Assembly (NCBI GenBank): GCA_963976765.1
Contig: CAXBME010000021.1
Span: 1 to 64,000, forward strand
Origin: an uncultured Planctomycetaceae bacterium
GTDB taxonomy: Bacteria > Planctomycetota > Planctomycetia > Planctomycetales > Planctomycetaceae
Length of the DNA: 64,000 nt
Direction of reading: 5' to 3'
Position 1 is the stretch's first letter; each line of letters begins with the position of its first letter. Both the position numbers and the translations under genes were made by a program. Below are positions 9,105-19,689 of the stretch, one piece after another. Below the pieces are notes generated by a model that had not been told where the DNA came from, made no database searches, and worked only from the letters and a program-made list of their open reading frames with translations.

Positions 9105-10478
9105 GTGGACCAGTCCAAAGCAGATCCGGCAGGCGACTCGAAAAGGACCACCAGAGACTCTCCGCCGACGAAGGTTCGCTGGACAATCTTCGCACTGGCG
9201 TGCGGAACGTCATTCCTGCTTTATCTGCATCGGTACAGCTGGAACATCATCGGCCCCAGGCTGCAGGAAGAGTTCTCGTTCACGAACACTCAGACCGCCT
9301 TCCTGTTTTCACTGTTTTATTACACCTATGCCGCCGGGCAGATTCCCAGCGGCATCGTAATTGACCGCTTCGGCCCGCACCGCATTCTGACCGGCATGAT
9401 TGCCGCATGGTCCATCGCGGTTGCCGGAGTTGCTCACACCGGCAACATGTTCCTGCTGGGTTTCTGGCGGTTGGTGTTTGGAGCAACTCAGGCAGGCTGC
9501 TATCCGGCCCTGACGAAAATCAGCCAGCAGTGGTTTCCGATCTCGCAACGAACCGTGCTGCAAGGCTGGGTGGCCACGACGTTTGGCCGGGCAGGTGGTG
9601 CGATGTCGCCGATCATCATCGCGACGCTGCTGATGGGCTATTGCGGGCTTAGCTGGCAACTGGCCGTGACTCTGACCGGCGGAATCGGAATTGCTTTGTG
9701 CGTGACATTCTTTCTGTTGTTTCGCAATTCGCCGCGTCAGGATCCCCGAGTCAACGAAGCGGAATGCCATCTGATTACAGAAGGGTCGCTGAACCGGGAC
9801 AGCTCTGCTGATACAGCGACCAGGCTCCCGCTGAGCCTGGCACTTCGCAACCGAAGCCTGCAATTCTTCACAGTGCAACAGTTTCTTGACGCCGGATCGG
9901 ATGTTGTGTTTGTGGGTCTGATCGGAACTTATTTTCTGGTGGCTCACGATTTCGACATCAAACAAACCGGATGGCTGGCCAGTCTCCCGCTGTTTGGCGG
10001 AGCACTCGGCGGAATCGTCGGCGGTTGGCTGAACGACGTCGTGATTCGCCGCACCGGAAACCGCCGATGGGCTCGCAGCGGCGTGGGGTTTGTCGGGAAG
10101 GTGATTGGTTGCGCGATGCTGGCACTGGTCGTCATGCAGTCGGACGGAGTCACTGCGGCATGGCTGTTGATGGCGGCCAAGTTTTTCAGCGACTGGAGTC
10201 AGCCTACAACCTGGGGCACATGCACGGACCTTGGGGGGCATTTCAGCGCCACTGTCTTCAGCATAATCAACACTGCTGGAACGATCGGCGGCGTGCTGAT
10301 GCCGATCATCTTTGGAGTCATTCTGGACTGGTTCACAACTCTGTCGGTGATTGACGGAGCGGAAGTGAGAACGACCGACTGGAACCCGTTATTCGTTCTG
10401 CTGTCGGCAATGTATCTTGCATCCGGCTTCTGCTGGCTGCTCGTTGACTGTACCAACCGGCTGACCGATGAAACTTAA
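9105..10478 (+). CDS. MFS transporter (anion:cation symporter / DgoT-like)
   Basis: About 12 hydrophobic segments; GIVIDRFGPHR motif A; WFPISQR; LFRNSPRQDPRVNEAE. Confidence 0.92.
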   Translation: MDQSKADPAGDSKRTTRDSPPTKVRWTIFALACGTSFLLYLHRYSWNIIGPRLQEEFSFTNTQTAFLFSLFYYTYAAGQIPSGIVIDRFGPHRILTGMIAAWSIAVAGVAHTGNMFLLGFWRLVFGATQAGCYPALTKISQQWFPISQRTVLQGWVATTFGRAGGAMSPIIIATLLMGYCGLSWQLAVTLTGGIGIALCVTFFLLFRNSPRQDPRVNEAECHLITEGSLNRDSSADTATRLPLSLALRNRSLQFFTVQQFLDAGSDVVFVGLIGTYFLVAHDFDIKQTGWLASLPLFGGALGGIVGGWLNDVVIRRTGNRRWARSGVGFVGKVIGCAMLALVVMQSDGVTAAWLLMAAKFFSDWSQPTTWGTCTDLGGHFSATVFSIINTAGTIGGVLMPIIFGVILDWFTTLSVIDGAEVRTTDWNPLFVLLSAMYLASGFCWLLVDCTNRLTDET

Positions 10479-10498
10479 CACCAACCGGGAAACAAACG

Positions 10499-11527
10499 AT
10501 GGAACGCAAGACAGTTCGGCCGGAAGGCCTTGATCTCGATTCGCCAGGCCGACGGGATTACTGGCTGGCTCTGGAACACGACAGCATCTGGGGAGACCAC
10601 CTGATGCCGCTGACTGTGTTTGTCGGACCAGAGACAAAAGACGGCGAAGGTCTGGTGGCATTTGGTTCCAACCACGGCAATGAATACGAAGGGCCGGTGG
10701 TTCTGAAACATCTGCTGCGTGAGATCGACATCAAAAACGTACGTGGCCGGATAATTCTAATCCCTGTGCTGAACCCGGCCGCGTTTCTGTCGGGCACTCG
10801 CGAAAGTCGTCAGGAAGATGGAGTCAACCTGAATCGTGCGTTTGTCGATGGTGCCGGCAAAACGCCCGCACTGGCAGGGATCACTCATCGCATCGCTGAC
10901 TTTGTAAGAGAATACATCTGGCCCAGAGTTCACATCGTGCTGGATCTGCATTCTGGCGGCGAAGTGGCTCGATTCTCCATTTGCGCAAACTATCACCCCG
11001 TCGAAGATCCGGTGCTGGCCGAGAAGATCGAGCAAACAGCTCGCTGGTACGGCACGCCTTCACTGATGGTCTACCAGAACGTCACACCAGGGCTGCTGCC
11101 CAGCGAAGCAGAGCGTCTGGGAAAAATCACCGTCGGCACGGAACTTGGCTGGGGCAAAGCAGTCAATCCGGAAGGCGTCCGATACGGTCGTCAAGGAGTT
11201 CTGGCCGCAGCCATCAACAACGATCTACTGCACGGAAAGATCGAACCGATTGCTCACCACAAAGACGGCACGCAACTGAAGTTGGAAATGGTCGACCGTG
11301 ACTGCTTCACGGTCGCTCCCTTTGCCGGGCATTACGAACCACTTGTCGAATGCGGCGCCAGAGTGAAGCGAGGACAAACCGTGGGCCTGCTGCACGACTT
11401 TGACCGCATTGACATCGAACCCTGGCCTTGTGTGGCTGCACTCGATGGCGTTGTCCTGGCTCAGGCATGGGTGGCTCCGGTTCCGAAAGGACAGCACATT
11501 GTCGTCGTGGCAAAGGAGCTGCCGTAG
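10499..11527 (+). CDS. Succinylglutamate desuccinylase / aspartoacylase family hydrolase
   Basis: NHGNEYEG, NLNRAF, LDLHSGG, TELG, and a C-terminal biotinyl-like hairpin. Confidence 0.9.
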   Translation: MERKTVRPEGLDLDSPGRRDYWLALEHDSIWGDHLMPLTVFVGPETKDGEGLVAFGSNHGNEYEGPVVLKHLLREIDIKNVRGRIILIPVLNPAAFLSGTRESRQEDGVNLNRAFVDGAGKTPALAGITHRIADFVREYIWPRVHIVLDLHSGGEVARFSICANYHPVEDPVLAEKIEQTARWYGTPSLMVYQNVTPGLLPSEAERLGKITVGTELGWGKAVNPEGVRYGRQGVLAAAINNDLLHGKIEPIAHHKDGTQLKLEMVDRDCFTVAPFAGHYEPLVECGARVKRGQTVGLLHDFDRIDIEPWPCVAALDGVVLAQAWVAPVPKGQHIVVVAKELP

Positions 11528-11648
11528 ACCATTTTCAAGGTTTCTATGAGGGAGCAGGCTTGAGGATGCTGCCTCTTTACCTCCGGACAACTCACTAAAT
11601 CCAAGACCGGCAGATAACGGCAAACGTCGACGACAGAAAGCACGAGCG

Positions 11649-12035
11649 ATGGCGCAGCTTGCGGAAGCAGATATTTTCGGAATCATTGGCGACGACGGAT
11701 TTCAGCGACTCGTCGCCGCTTTTTATCGGCAGATACCGAGTGACGACATTCTCGGACCGATGTACCCGGCGGACGACCTTGAAGGAGCTGAGTACCGACT
11801 GCGAGGTTTTCTGATTGGTCGCTTCGGCGGACCGCAGACTTATATTGAAGAGCGAGGACATCCCGCTCTACGAATGCGACACGCTCCGTACGACTTGAAT
11901 ATCAACGCCCGCAACCGCTGGGTCGAGATCATGGAACGCGCACTGGACGAAGCAGCCTTCGCTCCGGAAGTTGATCAGATACTTCGACCGTTCTTCGCTC
12001 AGACGGCGACGTTCCTGATTAACCGCTGGGAATAG
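11649..12035 (+). CDS. Truncated hemoglobin (group II, GlbO-like)
   Basis: LVAAFY..I..D.ILGPMYP..DL, GGPQTY.EERGHPALRMRH. Confidence 0.92.
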   Translation: MAQLAEADIFGIIGDDGFQRLVAAFYRQIPSDDILGPMYPADDLEGAEYRLRGFLIGRFGGPQTYIEERGHPALRMRHAPYDLNINARNRWVEIMERALDEAAFAPEVDQILRPFFAQTATFLINRWE

Positions 12036-12059
12036 GCAAGTCGACTGAAGGAATTTCCA

Positions 12060-13283
12060 ATGTCTCAACGCGTATTGATACTCGGAACGTTCGACTCGAA
12101 GGGCGAAGAGTTTGCGTTCCTGCGCGAGCGCATTCTGGCTTGTGGCTGTGAGGTTGTTGCCGTCAACGCAGGCGTCGATGGCTCAACCGATTTGTTTCCG
12201 GTCGATGTCGAAGCCGACGCCGTGGCGAACGCTGGCGGGGAACCGCTCATCAGTCTGCGTGAAAAACGAGACCGCGGGCACGCCATGTCTGTCATGAGTG
12301 CCGGCGCCGCCGCTCTCGTTCGAAAGATGTTCGACAATCGAGAATTCGATGGCATCATCGGAATGGGCGGTTCGGGCGGAACCGGCATCGTGACTTCTGC
12401 CATGCGAACGCTGCCGGTCGGAGTGCCCAAGTTCTGCGTGTCGACGCTGGCCGCCGGTGACATCAGCCCGTTCGTCGGGACCAGAGACATCGTCATGATG
12501 CCATCCATCGCGGACGTGTCGGGCATCAATCGAATCTCTCGAACGATCCTTTCGCGAGCTGCCGGAGCCGTTTGCGGAATGGTCAATTCAACCATCCCCG
12601 AAGCAACCGGTGAAAGACCGCTCATCGCCGCGAGCATGTTTGGCAACACAACGACTTGCGTCGATGCCTGTCGCGAAGCTCTCGACAAGGCTGGTTACGA
12701 AGTCCTGGTTTTTCACGCAACCGGAACCGGCGGACGAATCCTTGAATCTCTGGCAAACGAGAAACTGGTCGACGCCGTTCTCGACATCACGACAACAGAA
12801 TGGGCGGACGAATTGTGTGGCGGAATCATGAGCGCCGGGACCGACCGTCTCGACGGTGCAGGACAGAACGGATTGCCACACCTGATCGTTCCCGGCTGCA
12901 TTGACATGTGCAACTTCGGATCAATGGACAGCGTGCCGGACAGGTTCAAAACCGGCGACCGCAACTTCTACGAGTGGACTTCCGAAGTAACGCTCATGCG
13001 CACGACCGTTGAAGAGAATCGTCAGCTCGGAGAAATCTTCGCCGCGAAAGCCAACAAAGCAACCGGCCCGGTCGCGTTTCTGTTTCCTCTGAAAGGTGTA
13101 TCGATGCTCGATGCCGACGGCGAGCGCTTCTGCAATCGCGAAGCCAACCAGGCATTCTTCGACGCCGTTCGAGAAAACGTCTGCGACGGCATTCGAGTCA
13201 AAGACGTCGACGCCAACATCAATGATCCGGAGTTTTCGGCGAGAGCAGTAGAGCTGATGCTTGAACTCCTCGCCGAAAACTGA
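12060..13283 (+). CDS. Tm-1-like ATP-binding domain protein (UPF0261)
   Basis: LGTFDSKGEE, GMGGSGGT, LPVGVPKFCVST, ASMFGNTT, VFHATGTGG, DITTTEWAD. Confidence 0.93.
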   Translation: MSQRVLILGTFDSKGEEFAFLRERILACGCEVVAVNAGVDGSTDLFPVDVEADAVANAGGEPLISLREKRDRGHAMSVMSAGAAALVRKMFDNREFDGIIGMGGSGGTGIVTSAMRTLPVGVPKFCVSTLAAGDISPFVGTRDIVMMPSIADVSGINRISRTILSRAAGAVCGMVNSTIPEATGERPLIAASMFGNTTTCVDACREALDKAGYEVLVFHATGTGGRILESLANEKLVDAVLDITTTEWADELCGGIMSAGTDRLDGAGQNGLPHLIVPGCIDMCNFGSMDSVPDRFKTGDRNFYEWTSEVTLMRTTVEENRQLGEIFAAKANKATGPVAFLFPLKGVSMLDADGERFCNREANQAFFDAVRENVCDGIRVKDVDANINDPEFSARAVELMLELLAEN

Positions 13284-13307
13284 GTTCGACAGAATTGAAG
13301 ACGTTTC

Positions 13308-13394
13308 AATCGCAGAGGGCACAAAGTTGGAAACCGCGAAAGCTCGGAGGGAGTTCTCATTGTGCTCCGCGAAGACTCTGTGGCCTCTGCGATT
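13308..13394. repeat. Intergenic palindrome (AATCGCAGAGG...CCTCTGCGATT)
   Basis: 11-bp perfect arms at 13308-13318 and 13384-13394, extended by imperfect pairing. Confidence 0.7.
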
Positions 13395-13430
13395 ACAAGT
13401 TCATGCGGGAAAGCAACCGGAGTAAGCGCA

Positions 13431-14264
13431 GTGGCATCACGACGCGAAGAAATCCTCGATTTACTACGAACTCGAATCGCGGATGGAATCCCGATCATCG
13501 GCGGCGGAGCGGGCACCGGAATCAGTGCGAAGTTCGAAGAGGCCGGCGGTATCGACCTGATCGTGATCTACAATTCAGGACGTTACCGCATGGCCGGTCG
13601 AGGTTCACTGTCCGGCCTCATGCCTTACGGAGATGCCAACGCCGTCGTCATGGAAATGGCTCATGAAGTTCTGACCGTTGTTGAGAGCGTTCCTGTCCTC
13701 GCCGGAGTCTGCGCGAGCGATCCGTTTCGAAAAATGGACTGGTTTCTTCGGCAGGTTGAGGACATCGGATTCGCTGGCGTGCAGAACTTCCCGACGGTTG
13801 GACTGATTGACGGACTGTTCCGAGTCAACCTCGAAGAAACCGGCATGGGTTACGACAAAGAAGTCGACATGATCCAACTCGCCCGCAATATGGACCTGCT
13901 GACGACTCCGTACTGCTTCAACCCGACCGAAGCCGAACAGATGACCGCAGTCGGTGCCGACATCATCGTTGCCCACATGGGCCTGACAACGAAAGGTTCG
14001 ATCGGAGCGACAACCGCGAAGACACTCGACGACTGCGTGAAAGAAGTGCAGAACATCGCGGACGCCGCTCGAGGAGTCCGCGACGATGTACTCGTTATCT
14101 GCCACGGTGGCCCGATCGCCATGCCCGAAGACGCCGAATACGTCCTGCACCGCACAAAAAACGTCCACGGTTTCTACGGTGCTTCATCCATGGAACGTCT
14201 GCCCGTCGAAACAGCGATCACCGGTCAGGTACGAAACTTCAAAGCCATCCGCTTTGCTGAGTAG
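13431..14264 (+). CDS. Phosphoenolpyruvate hydrolase-like / TIM-barrel signal transduction protein
   Basis: [57 protein letters not shown] 13431 follows a GGAG RBS. Confidence 0.93.
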   Translation: MASRREEILDLLRTRIADGIPIIGGGAGTGISAKFEEAGGIDLIVIYNSGRYRMAGRGSLSGLMPYGDANAVVMEMAHEVLTVVESVPVLAGVCASDPFRKMDWFLRQVEDIGFAGVQNFPTVGLIDGLFRVNLEETGMGYDKEVDMIQLARNMDLLTTPYCFNPTEAEQMTAVGADIIVAHMGLTTKGSIGATTAKTLDDCVKEVQNIADAARGVRDDVLVICHGGPIAMPEDAEYVLHRTKNVHGFYGASSMERLPVETAITGQVRNFKAIRFAE

Positions 14265-14390
14265 TCAAGTTGTGCGTTTGCCCATGAGAGGGTGAACGGG
14301 GATTGTAACTGGCAGCCACAATCCGAAAGAGCATGAAGCCGTGAAATCGTGCTGTGGTGGCCCGCTCGCAATATCTGATCGGTACGCGGG

Positions 14391-14560
14391 CTGATGCTGC
14401 GAAAGCCACCGCTGATTGAAACAGCCAACGACCAGCTCAAAAACATCTGCCAGGCTCCATCCGCAGCGTGAACGGCTTCATCGTCGACTTTCTCACTGGT
14501 CCGATTGCTCACACCCACCAGCCGAAGAAACCTGACATCCGGCTCAACTCGCCGGCTCAA
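14391..14560 (+). mobile_element. IS982-family transposase C-terminal remnant (frameshifted)
   Basis: LMLRKPPLIETANDQLKNICQ in one frame, then RSVNGFIVDFLTGPIAHTHQPKKP in another. Together they match the IS982 C-terminal pattern RKRxxIETxxxQLK...HRS.NxF...L...IAY..QPKKP. Confidence 0.75.
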
Positions 14561-15016
14561 CGAAAACGAAAAACAACAACTCGCCATCATCGCATCAACA
14601 GAATTCAGATGAGTAAGTCCCGCCTCGAACGAACGCAATCGATGAAGCCCGGTTCCCAATCAGAATCAACCTCGCTGCGTGTCCAGCGATTCTGCCAAAT
14701 CTTTCAAATCGTCAGCGCTCGCACTGAGCAGCAACTGTGGACGAGCTTTAAAATCGCTTGTCAACGCGGGCATATACTGTGTTTCCAGCAGGATCCCAAT
14801 GGCGATAAGGTTCACAGTCAGGTTCCCACTTGATCTCTAAACCTGCCCCTGGTACCTTTCAGGGTCAATTCCACGCAAACGCGAGATCAATTCTTGATAA
14901 ATTCCGCGTCTCCTGGTAACTGTTCGCTTGTTTGATCGAGTCGCAACGGTTGCCACAAATGTTATCTAGGGGTGTTTCGTCCCACTTTTTCAGTTCTCTT
15001 TGTGTGAGGCTTACGC

Positions 15017-16141
15017 ATGCGATTGTTGCCATTTCAAAAGCCGTACGATTCCCAAGATCGTCATCGACGGCGGGCGTTCACGTTGATTGAACTCCTGGTC
15101 GTCATTGCGATCATCGCCATTCTGGTCGCACTTCTGTTGCCGGCAGTGCAGCAGGCACGAGAAGCGGCTCGCCGGAGTCAGTGCAAGGCCAACCTGAAGA
15201 ACATCGGTACTGCAACGCACAACTTCCTCGACACCTATGGCAAGTTTCCACCGATCGTTAATTTCTCGGGTGGGCCGACATTCTTCTTTCACATTCTTCC
15301 GTACATCGATCAAACGGCAATGTTCGACCTGTACAACGGCGGAGCAACAAATGGATCGGGGACCCCGACCAGCATGCGGCAACACATGAATGACAACTAT
15401 CAGATCATTGTGGATGCCGGTCTTCGTGCGGGGGTTGATGCAGGAATACCCGTTTACATTTGCCCATCCAACCCAGGGCGTCCAAAGTCAGAAACTGGTG
15501 GTAATGGTCGCGGGCCAAAGGGAGACTACGCAGTGGTCTTCATGCAGGGGCAGGGGTTCGACAAGAATGCCGACTTTTCCGCAACAGAAGACGGCTGGTG
15601 GTCGCATCATAATTCGTCCAGTCAATCGGAAATCAATCGCCAGAAAGGCCTGATTAAGACCGGAACCACTGTCGGACTTCCAGATGACGGCGGAGTTGCC
15701 GGACACAATGGCCGTCGCCGTGAACAGGCACAATTCACGCAAGACACAGCAACCTGCACAGACGGTACGAGTAACACATTAATCGTTGGCGAAAAATTCT
15801 GGACGCAACAAGAGTTGTCTCGTACCGGCAATCCTGGCCACAACAACACTGACACATCTGTCTTTGTTCAAGATGGTAGCTGGCGCGAGTACATGGTTAC
15901 TCGGAATATTCGCTATCCATTGCGGACAGGTCTGCATCTCGATGGGCCAAGCGGGTGGGGCGAGGATGACCCTGCTCGTACAGGAAATGCTCGTGCTACC
16001 GGATTCGGGAGCTTGCACACTGGTATGGTCCATTTCCTGTTAGCTGATGGCGCTGTCGTTGCACTGAGCGAGAATCTCGATCAGGAAGTTCGATGGGCGC
16101 TTGGCGGTTCAGCTGATAACGAGCAGACCGATGGATTCTAG
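15017..16141 (+). CDS. DUF1559 prepilin-like protein (type IV pilin N-terminal cleavage/methylation motif, H-X9-DG)
   Basis: [60 protein letters not shown]. Confidence 0.96.
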   Translation: MRLLPFQKPYDSQDRHRRRAFTLIELLVVIAIIAILVALLLPAVQQAREAARRSQCKANLKNIGTATHNFLDTYGKFPPIVNFSGGPTFFFHILPYIDQTAMFDLYNGGATNGSGTPTSMRQHMNDNYQIIVDAGLRAGVDAGIPVYICPSNPGRPKSETGGNGRGPKGDYAVVFMQGQGFDKNADFSATEDGWWSHHNSSSQSEINRQKGLIKTGTTVGLPDDGGVAGHNGRRREQAQFTQDTATCTDGTSNTLIVGEKFWTQQELSRTGNPGHNNTDTSVFVQDGSWREYMVTRNIRYPLRTGLHLDGPSGWGEDDPARTGNARATGFGSLHTGMVHFLLADGAVVALSENLDQEVRWALGGSADNEQTDGF

Positions 16142-16179
16142 GTTGCCAGCTTGATCGACATCTCAGATTGTTCATTGTG

Positions 16180-16209
16180 ACCGGCCACGTTAACGCGTGG
16201 TCGGTTTTT
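16180..16209 (+). terminator. Intrinsic terminator-like hairpin after the DUF1559 gene
   Basis: ACCGGCCACG-ttaacg-CGTGGTCGGT followed by a T run. Confidence 0.65.
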
Positions 16210-16285
16210 CAGACGTGGCAAGGTGTTGTTTCGTCATAGAGCCTGCCTCACTGTTGTCGCTTTTTTCAAGTCAGGGCAAGGTTAG

Positions 16286-16699
16286 ATGAGATTTCTTTTA
16301 GGGTTGTTGTGCGCGTTCTCTGTTGTTGGCTGTGGCAGCGGTCGAGGGGGAGTCGACGTTGCCGGCACCGTCACGTTCACGGGAGGGGAGCCACTGCCAA
16401 GAGGGGTTGTGACTATCAGTGGTCCTGGCGGTTCCTATCGCGCCGCGATTAAGTCGGACGGCACCTATATGATCTCGGATGTACCTGCTGACACCTATAA
16501 GGTAGCTCTCACGGGAGTTTTTGACGGGCCACCGATTCAGGGTGATCAGATGGAGTACGACGCTGACGGCAACTACATCGAAACTACAGCGATAGAACCC
16601 AAATCTTTGATCAGCCCCATGTATTCCGCTTTTGATCAGTCCGGGATGGTCTTAAAGGTGCCTGGCGAGTATGACCTTCAGGTTCCGAAAGCTCAGTGA
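16286..16699 (+). CDS. Small lipoprotein, carboxypeptidase-regulatory-like fold (usual DUF1559 partner)
   Basis: Lipobox VVGC; VAGTVTF.GG.PLP.G.V; DGTY; TYKV; I.P.Y. Confidence 0.88.
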   Translation: MRFLLGLLCAFSVVGCGSGRGGVDVAGTVTFTGGEPLPRGVVTISGPGGSYRAAIKSDGTYMISDVPADTYKVALTGVFDGPPIQGDQMEYDADGNYIETTAIEPKSLISPMYSAFDQSGMVLKVPGEYDLQVPKAQ

Positions 16700-16706
16700 C
16701 GTGCGG

Positions 16707-18506
16707 ATGCCACTTTCAGCGCGACTTAAAGCCTACTGTTTTACAGTAGGCTCTTTTGCATTGGTGCTGTCACAAAGCGGCTGCAATTCTGAAGTCAAGA
16801 AGACTGACAAAACAGAGGCAACCACTGAAGTTCACTCCGACGAAAGACATCGTGACGCCCCTCAAGATGCGCCATTGCCTTTTGCAAGCCCTGTTTCGCG
16901 AGAGATGCGAGAGCTTCGTGAAGATGATTGGTTTGAGGATCGTTCCGCTGCTCTCGGGATCGATTTCTCCTATCGCGACGGGAGCAACACAGGTTGCTAC
17001 CAGTTGCTTGAATCTGTCGGCGGTGGTGTTGCTGTCCTCGACTACGACGGCGATGGATGGGTCGACCTGTTTTTCACAGGTGGCGGCTCACTGGCTGAGC
17101 GTGACGATTCAATCCAGATCGAAGGTCACCCTGCCGGATTGTTTCGCAATTGCGACGCCGCAACGATGGCCGACGTGAGCGCTTCGGCAGGTCTTGGTTC
17201 GGGAAAGACGTATACTCACGGAGCTTCTGTCGCCGATCTCAATGCTGATGGGTTTCAGGATGTCGTCGTTGCCGGATTTGGAGCAATGCAAGTCTGGATA
17301 AATACCGGCGACGGGACATTCATCGAACAGGGTGACATGCTGGGGCTTCATTCTAAATCCTGGAATGTCTCCCCGGCGGCGGCAGATATCAATAATGATG
17401 GCCTCGTCGACATCTATGTCCTGACCTACGCGGAATGGCTGCCCGACCCCAAACGCGTTTGCCTGAACGACAAGCAGCTTCACGACATCTGTGGTCCAAC
17501 GATGTTTCCAGGATCGCGTGACGTGGTCTTTGTAAACAACGGACAACAGTTCGACGACGTCAGCGCGACAGCGGGAATCATTGAGCAGAACCGAGGTCTC
17601 GGAATCGTCACGGCGGACCTTGATGACAACGGCTTTATTGACTTCGTCGTCGTCAACGATGTTCAGGAAAACCAGCTCTACCTTAATTCAGGTTCCCTTC
17701 CCTGGAGTGAAGATGGAGTGCTGGGCGGTATTGCGTATTCGGAATCCGGTGAGCGCGAAGGGTCGATGGGAATTGACCTCGCGGATTTTGATGGAGACGG
17801 TGGCCCAGACCTCTGGTACACAAACTACACGCACCAGGATAACTCGTTGCTTCGTAACATTGAGGGATCAGGGTTTGTGCATTGCGCAGGGCTTTTCGGG
17901 CTGTCAGGCGACTCGCGTTCGTGGGTTGGGTTTGGCACTGGATTCGGAGATTTTAACGGCGATGGGTGGCCTGACCTGTACGTCATCAACGGACACGTCG
18001 CGTACGACCGACTGGATAGCCCCTATTTTCAACCACCACAGCTGTTTGTGAACCAGCAGGGAAAACGCTATCGGCAAATCAGCCAGAACGGCGGTCCTTA
18101 TTTTGATCATGATCGATCGGGCCGCGGATCGGCTGTGCTCGACTGGAATAATGACGGCGGTCTAGACCTTGCCGTTGTTCATCAGAACGAGCCGGTTGCG
18201 TTGCTGACAAACCAGATAGCATCCTCCCCCTGGCTAAGCATTGATCTCGTCGGAACGACCGTCGAAAGGTCAGCTGTTGGTGCCAGAGTCAAAGTGCAAA
18301 CGTCCGAGCGTCCGCAAACCCAATGGAAAATCAGCGGTGGCGGATACGCTTCTCATAAAGATGGTCGACTACTCTTCGCCCTGCCAGACACCAACCCGGT
18401 AACCGTGACGGTCACCTGGCTCGGTGGCACGGAAGAGGTCCACAAAGCTCTCCTGCCGGGAAGCTATAAGGTGGTGGAAGGGGCTGATGCCTATGTCGTT
18501 AAGTAA
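16707..18506 (+). CDS. CRTAC1-family FG-GAP / ASPIC-UnbV protein, probable lipoprotein
   Basis: GGGVAVLDYDGDGWVDLF and further DxxxDG repeats; C-terminal AVGARV...GGGYAS....LLF. SQSGC may be a lipobox. Confidence 0.9.
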   Translation: MPLSARLKAYCFTVGSFALVLSQSGCNSEVKKTDKTEATTEVHSDERHRDAPQDAPLPFASPVSREMRELREDDWFEDRSAALGIDFSYRDGSNTGCYQLLESVGGGVAVLDYDGDGWVDLFFTGGGSLAERDDSIQIEGHPAGLFRNCDAATMADVSASAGLGSGKTYTHGASVADLNADGFQDVVVAGFGAMQVWINTGDGTFIEQGDMLGLHSKSWNVSPAAADINNDGLVDIYVLTYAEWLPDPKRVCLNDKQLHDICGPTMFPGSRDVVFVNNGQQFDDVSATAGIIEQNRGLGIVTADLDDNGFIDFVVVNDVQENQLYLNSGSLPWSEDGVLGGIAYSESGEREGSMGIDLADFDGDGGPDLWYTNYTHQDNSLLRNIEGSGFVHCAGLFGLSGDSRSWVGFGTGFGDFNGDGWPDLYVINGHVAYDRLDSPYFQPPQLFVNQQGKRYRQISQNGGPYFDHDRSGRGSAVLDWNNDGGLDLAVVHQNEPVALLTNQIASSPWLSIDLVGTTVERSAVGARVKVQTSERPQTQWKISGGGYASHKDGRLLFALPDTNPVTVTVTWLGGTEEVHKALLPGSYKVVEGADAYVVK

Positions 18507-19689
18507 ACTGCCAGTCCATCGAATTCTGGTCGGGCTTCTGATTCTTATTCCTTGTGTTGTTGCCGTTTATTTCAACAGGTCGACTGCAGAATCACAGCTG
18601 CTCCGAGTACGTGAGGAAGCTCAAAAGATCGTAGCCTTTCCAGAGTCACGGTCACTGTCTGCCGAACGCTGTATCGCGTTTGCAGGCCGTTTGTTTGAAG
18701 CAGAGGGCAGAGTCGGAGCCACCGCGATGCTGTACTACATCGGGGCCGCACCGATCGTCGGGGCCGATCTGAGTGTCGCCTCAATTCCGCCTGGCAGCGA
18801 CGTCTTAACGATCGAGACAACCGACATCCTTCTGATTTCAGAGCTGCTGTTCCATACAGATCGCCTGGGGCCTGCTGAGCAGTTGATCGGGGTCGCTCTC
18901 GACCGCGGTGAATCACGCGTGGCGACCCTTAGATTAGCAATTGAGATCCGAATGGCGCTGGGAAGCGACGCTGAGGTCATGCGGCACACAGAGGAATGGG
19001 TTCGGCTCGACCCTGAAAATCCGACGCCCTTCCGAATTCAGGCGGCGGTCCACCGGAACCACGGACGTTGGGATAACTTCATCGTCGCCGCGGAAAAGGC
19101 TGTTGAGCTGACACCACCGACTGACTGGGTACTGCAGGTCGAGCTGGTTGATGGCTACACCCACTTGGGAAGAATTGACGACGCACGTCGCGAGCTGGAT
19201 CGAATCCGGAAAGCTCGACCTGATCTCATTGAGCTGGCACCGGTGATGCATGCGAGGTTGCTGCTCCAGGAGGGCGACTACGAATCGACTGAGTCGATTA
19301 TTGAGCGATGTCTGGCCGCCTACCCCGACGATACAGAAGCAATGATGGTAAAAGGGAAACTACGGTTTTCTCAGGGAGACTACTCTCTGGCCATCAGATT
19401 GTTTGAGAAAGTACTGGAACTTGATCCAGCGGACGAGCAGGCGTACTACCAGCTCGGACAGGCCCACGCTCGCGCTGGTGACAAGGAGCAAGGTCGGAAG
19501 TATCTTGACCAGCATCGTCGCTTGCTTGATGCAAAGATCGAATTGTTCGCACTGGAACAACAGGCAGCTCGCGAACCGTTGAATTCAGAAGTCCGACACA
19601 GGCTGGCTGCTGCGTACTCGGAAATCGAGTTACCACACCTGGCCGAATTCTGGGCTCGTGCCGCGCGCGCTTCCGGAGGCTCAGAATGA
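18493..19689 (+). CDS. Membrane-anchored tetratricopeptide repeat protein
   Basis: N-terminal TM; AIRLFEKVLELDPADEQAYYQLGQAHARAG. It overlaps both neighbours. Confidence 0.88.
   Translation: MSLSKLPVHRILVGLLILIPCVVAVYFNRSTAESQLLRVREEAQKIVAFPESRSLSAERCIAFAGRLFEAEGRVGATAMLYYIGAAPIVGADLSVASIPPGSDVLTIETTDILLISELLFHTDRLGPAEQLIGVALDRGESRVATLRLAIEIRMALGSDAEVMRHTEEWVRLDPENPTPFRIQAAVHRNHGRWDNFIVAAEKAVELTPPTDWVLQVELVDGYTHLGRIDDARRELDRIRKARPDLIELAPVMHARLLLQEGDYESTESIIERCLAAYPDDTEAMMVKGKLRFSQGDYSLAIRLFEKVLELDPADEQAYYQLGQAHARAGDKEQGRKYLDQHRRLLDAKIELFALEQQAAREPLNSEVRHRLAAAYSEIELPHLAEFWARAARASGGSE

Noticed and set aside
14468..14833. 121-aa ORF as an intact gene
   Set aside because: Only its first ~25 residues resemble a transposase tail; the rest looks like read-through.
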